Assembly: GCA_965637545.1 (NCBI GenBank)
Contig: OZ281496.1
Coordinates: 4,092,001 to 4,156,000, forward strand
Direction of reading: 5' to 3'
Length of the DNA stretch: 64,000 bases
Source: Phallusia mammillata
Taxonomy: Eukaryota
In this document: piece after piece, positions 59,930 through 64,000 of the stretch
How positions within the stretch are numbered: the first letter of the stretch is position 1
How the letters are laid out: each line of letters opens with the position of its first letter
Program-made: the position numbers and the translations under genes
The notes under the pieces: generated by a model
The model's input: the letters and a program-made list of their open reading frames with translations, nothing else
What the model was told of the DNA's origin: nothing
Database searches by the model: none

Positions 59930-61166
59930 TATAAGCTATTGCTGCGAGGCATAGTATCAAGTTTAAAGAGCTCTTCTGGCAAATGTGATTTTATTCCGAC
60001 GTTTCGACGTCCTATACAGGTCGTCTTCATCAGGGTAAATAACACTGAATGCGACTAGTACAGTGCACGATAAACAAAGGAAAAAAGGAAAAAAAGAATA
60101 GAACGCAAGCACGTAACAACGCAACGAAAACACCGCGCGATAACAAATGATTGACCCTCTAATCAGGTGCCTGTAGCACGCTGGAAGCATCACGTCTGTT
60201 TTGATGTTCATTGTTTTGACCCGTTGGTGAATATTCCATGACTCAAGAAATAGTCTTTTCCTGTAGTCAGGCTCCCGGGCCACAACAGAAGCCGCATTAA
60301 AATCCATACGGTGGCCTTGTGATACCGCGTGATTGGACAGGGCCGACTTCTTTGCGTCGCTGTTGGCAACATCCCGCTGATGCTCTTTTCGGCGGGTGTT
60401 GAGTGACCTTCCAGTCTCCCCGATATATACTAACGGACACTCGGCGCAGGGAATAGAGTATACAACACCACGTTGTTCAAGGGTGTCGATTGGATCTTTC
60501 GGGTGACTCAGTAGCTTGCGGAGAGTATTGGCAGGTTGAACGCCAACCGCTACGCCGAAGTCACGCAACATACGCCGTAGAATATCCGTCAATTTCGGTA
60601 TGTACGGAAGTGTCACAAAACCCTCTGTTTTTGGATGGGTCACCTGTTTGGGAAACGTTGCCCGTCCATCACGGAGAATCCAGTTGGGGTAACCGTTGTA
60701 TTTCAAGGCTTTGCGAACCTTGGCCAGTTCCGCCTCGCAGTCGTCGCGATGAGTGCACAAGCGTCGTGCCTGATCTTTTAGGGAACGAACCACCCCTCTT
60801 TTCTGGTATGTGGGGTGATGCGATCGAAAATTGAGATACCTGCCGGTACTCGTTGGCTTGTGGTACACTCTCGAGTACAAGACGCCGTCATCGGTTCTTG
60901 TGACTTGAACGTCTAAAAATGGAAGACAGTTTACCGATTGGAGTTCCATGGTAAACTGAATGCCTGGTTGCGCCTCGTTGAGATGCTGTAAAAATGCCTC
61001 AACCTTGTTCTTAGCAATGACACAAAAAATGTCGTCAACATATCGCCGCCAGAATCTTGGTGGGTTGGCAAATGTTGATAAAGCTTTTCCCTCAAGCGCT
61101 TCCATTGTCATGTTTGCGACAACCCCGGAGATAAAATCACATTTGCCAGAAGAGCTCTTTAAACTT
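59930..61166 (-). mobile_element. 5'-truncated Penelope-like retroelement (RT C-terminus + GIY-YIG) with an inverted tail copy
   Basis: ORF 59963-61111: ANMTMEALE, WRRYVDD, LPFLD, VVYSIPCAECPLVYIGETGRSLNTRRKEH, RLFLES. 13-bp TSD GAGAAGTTAGTTG at 59917-59929 and 61167-61179; 61131-61168 is the reverse complement of 59957-59994. Confidence 0.9.
59985..60045 (-). ncRNA. Candidate minimal type I hammerhead ribozyme in the Penelope-like tail
   Basis: GTGTTATTTACC-CTGATGA-AGACGACCTGTATAGGACGTC-GAAA-CG-TC-GGAATAAAATCAC. Core CUGAUGA/GAAA, stem II GACG/CGTC, palindromic ACGT stem III, bulged stem I (CC/GG, TTATT/AATAA, GTG/CAC). Confidence 0.6.
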
Positions 61167-61290
61167 GAGAAGTTAGTTGGTTGGGTGAAGTTTGTTTTGT
61201 GACGAGCGTCTGTTTCGTTTCAGTGCTATATATTTTGCAATTGGTACCTTGCTTTAGTGAAAAAAAGTATCATTGGCTGCTTTGCATACT

Positions 61291-63794
61291 ATGGGTTCAT
61301 GTTTTTCGAGAAACGTGACAGAAACAAGAAAACATCAGGAAAAACACGAGTTTTGCCACAATGGTAAGTCTTTCATCGATCAGTGAGATTTTTCCGTTGT
61401 CCCAAAAATTAGCTCAGTAATGCCAGTTGTAACGCAAGTACCAGTAATGTATATTATGTTTTTTTGCAAGAATTCGTATGTGAGATCTCTGAAAATTAGA
61501 GATTTTGAATGATGTGAGATTTTTTTATGTCCCGTTTGCTGGACGAAATTGGCAATATTTTTTACCAGCTTACATGAACCGTTGTCAGTAGATACGATTA
61601 TTCTCTTTTGCGTAGATACGGTTAGACGTCCACTCTGGTGCTTCAAATTAGATTGAAAAACGCGCATGTCAGATCTCAACTATAGGCTTCTTCCCACTAA
61701 CACTCCACACAAGGTTCCAACAGTTTACTTGTAACAAATCCCTTGCTGGCTTCAATTAGCAAGATGTAGTTTCTTCAACGGAAACCAGATGGATAAACTG
61801 GCGGACGGTTTTCAAAGGAAATATCAGGGCATAAACACAATAGAAAAATGCCGGTCTAAACAATATCACCGTAGCTTTTGGACGAGGACTTTAAAATAGT
61901 TATTTGTTGGCGAGCTACGTCATACTGCAGGTAACAAAGTACACTTCAAATCAGGCATATTGTCACAACAAAAGGTTTAACAATACAAGACGATGGTTAT
62001 TGGCTAATTATTGACAAAGATACACAAGCAAACAAAACAACACTTACCAAAACAACTTGGTCATGAATTGCTGGCAGACTTTAGACCAGCGCTTCCCAAA
62101 CTCGGGTGCGCGGACCTTCAGGGGTCCGTGAAGCAATTTTGCGGGGTCCGCGAAAAGGTTGACGTGCCTCTATAATCTCATTTGGCGTCAATTTGTGTCA
62201 TTGAATAGGTTTAAATCAAAGTACAATTAAAGATCCACTGTCTCCATTACTATACAATAGATAGCCTTTATTGCATGGCAACTATCATTGTTTGCGCAAT
62301 ATCGTAATGTTTTCTGTTTTGTCTGTGAAATCACCAACCGTCTTTGGATCGTTGTTATGTGTAATTTTGCATACCTAATAAGCTAAAATTCTGTAAATCA
62401 ACTTTCGTATTGCTAAAATACACCTTCAGGCTTAAGGTCCGCGCGTGTCCTCGATATAATGGCAAAGTGACCGTTTTGCAAACAACAACAACAATGAAAA
62501 CCTTTGAAAACCACTAAGTTAGAAAGTTATTACATTCAAAAGAATCGTGACTGTACTAGTGTACTAGAAGAAACAATGGTTTTGCTTTTTTTCTATACCA
62601 TTCTTTGATTTTTTATAGGGCCGCGAAATATCAAAATAATTGCAAAGGGTCCACCAGGCAAAATTTTTAGAAGAGTTTGGGAACCGCTGCTTAAGACGTT
62701 AGACAAAGAATTAATTCGTAACTTAACAAATATATTAGTATCATGTTTATGTGTTTTTCCTGCAAATTCCTTTTTGTACAAAAAGCTTTTTTTATGTTAA
62801 AATGTGTTTTTCTTTTTGACAAATATGGCAAAGACCTGTTTTTGTTTAATTTAGTTGAGAAAAAAGCGATAAGAATAAGTTTGAAGAAGGAACCAGGGCA
62901 TCCCCCACCACTTACTATAATCCCTACACCAGAAATTGATGATAATGACGTGAGTAGAGTGGATAGAAGGTTTATGGTTTAGGTCCTTACATACTAGAAC
63001 TAGTTTGCAAATATTAACAATGCGTAGGAGACCGGCTTAACTTGGTATAACGCCTTATTGGGCCTGGCGTACTTTGGTTTGTACATGAGTGTGCCGTGAT
63101 CGCTGGTCTGCATGACCGCTACAGAATTCCAGTATGAATATATGTTTAACTAAGCTATGTTGTTTTTATTGCTAACTTTTAAATCTTAGGAATGGTCCTC
63201 TGCATCAACACTGAACGAGTTTCATATGCGGGTGAGAACATAAACTTCATTTGCTAACATTCGGAAATACCTGTATTATATTCGGAAATAACATTCGGAA
63301 ATAACGATTATATTGTCGGGTGTGTTACCTGTCGTTACTTGTGACAGTCGCTTTTACATCTCAAAAGCAGCAATTTCGTAATTGGACGGAGTTTCATTTA
63401 GTATTACTACATTTACGAACAAGTAAATTACGCTTTTTAGCGTGAGTAAAATGGATAACAAATAAGGTGTAAAATCGAACATAATTTATATGATCCAAAT
63501 ATAATTAACCAACAAAATACGAAACTGCGCGTTTTTATAATATCTCTGTAAAACTAATTTTGTGGTGAACCACTAAATCAATCCAGAAAACCTAATATTG
63601 AGAAAAATATTCGACGAAAAATAGTTGGCTGAAACTGCGTGGTTTTTGTATTTTAAATGTATCATATTCAACCAAGCTAACTGGTAAAATATAGCTTTTA
63701 AATACTATATAAACTCCCAGAGATAAAATGTTGTAATGAATGTCCTAACACTGTGATGTGTTGATTTCAGGAGACGGAGTCGGCACGTAGGAGG
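61291..63794 (+). CDS. 5' part of a mini-exon gene encoding a candidate N-myristoylated, low-complexity protein; continues beyond the window
   Basis: join(61291..61363,62855..62949,63190..63231,63771..63794), GT-AG, phases 1,0,0,0: MGSCFSRNVTETRKHQEKHEFCHN|VEKKAIRISLKKEPGHPPPLTIIPTPEIDDND|EWSSASTLNEFHMR|ETESARRR. The last exon and its introns are homologous to 2529-2925 (- strand). Confidence 0.6.
62087..62516. mobile_element. hAT-type MITE of the same family as 48378-48797
   Basis: CAGCGCTTCCCAAAC ... TTTGAAAACCACTA ends; colinear internal similarity (ggggtccgtga, caaagta-aatt, cttaagg-ccgc); TSD decayed. Confidence 0.7.
63030..63150 (+). repeat. Diverged copy of the body of the tRNA-derived repeat found at 16248-17002
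   Basis: gggcctggcgtact...catgagtgtgccgtgat-gctggtctgcat matches the minus-strand unit body. Confidence 0.7.
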
Positions 63795-64000
63795 GTAAGT
63801 AAAAATTATTTGTTGTTTTAAAACATGCAACACTGTTGATAGATAATGTCAATTTCAAAGACAAATTTTACAAAAAAAGTATGCTTGGGGTTGATAACCA
63901 CCGGTTAATGTTTGTTGTGTATTTGGTCACCAGTTATATATTTGCTGGCTGTTACAAACCAACAAAAGACAAAAAGTTGTAATAATTTCGTGAACTCCAT

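Noticed and set aside
61224-61363. Transmembrane exon reading (IIGCFAYYGFMFFEKRDRNKK)
   Set aside because: It needs a frameshift for a full TM and gives the wrong phase for the next exon; the MGSCFS frame splices cleanly.
1-64000. Most 60-130 aa ORFs in the supplied track
   Set aside because: They are intronic, antisense to real exons, or run-throughs of single exons into introns. Those duplicated in both spacers are explained by ~99% DNA identity, not coding constraint.
1-64000. CRISPR arrays, rRNA, prokaryotic operons or terminators
   Set aside because: No repeat-spacer arrays or rRNA-like sequence seen; the spliceosomal gene structure shows the DNA is eukaryotic.

Overview
AT-rich, intron-rich eukaryotic (animal) genomic DNA. 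An invertebrate such as an ascidian is plausible, but that is inference only. The main content is a + strand tandem array of CUB-like/CUB + ZP-module + furin site + TM membrane glycoprotein genes (CUZD1-like architecture) in two alternating subtypes: A0 (last exon only, 452-606), A1 (14389-22030, 595 aa), B1 (24142-30549, 575 aa), A2 (40517-47023, 584 aa) and B2 (48869-59251, 778 aa, with a duplicated two-domain cassette). I reconstructed these by hand from splice sites and all frames are open. The N-terminal domains differ mostly by amino-acid-changing substitutions, whereas the ZP-C core differs mostly at synonymous sites, and the ~6 kb non-coding spacers upstream of A1 and A2 are ~99% identical in their core. 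This suggests a diversifying recognition-protein array homogenised in patches by conversion; haplotype false duplication needs excluding. A second, unrecognised mini-exon gene family is interleaved: a candidate N-myristoylated (MGSCFS) disordered protein starting at 61291, plus 3' relics at 1.9-3.2 kb and 32-33.3 kb. Mobile DNA includes an intact two-gene PIF/Harbinger element (7190-11244) whose empty site lies in the paralogous spacer, Penelope-like pieces (one with a minimal hammerhead motif), hAT-type MITEs, tRNA-derived repeats, a solo-LTR-like element and a glutathione synthetase fragment. Most short ORFs in the supplied track are intronic or antisense noise.
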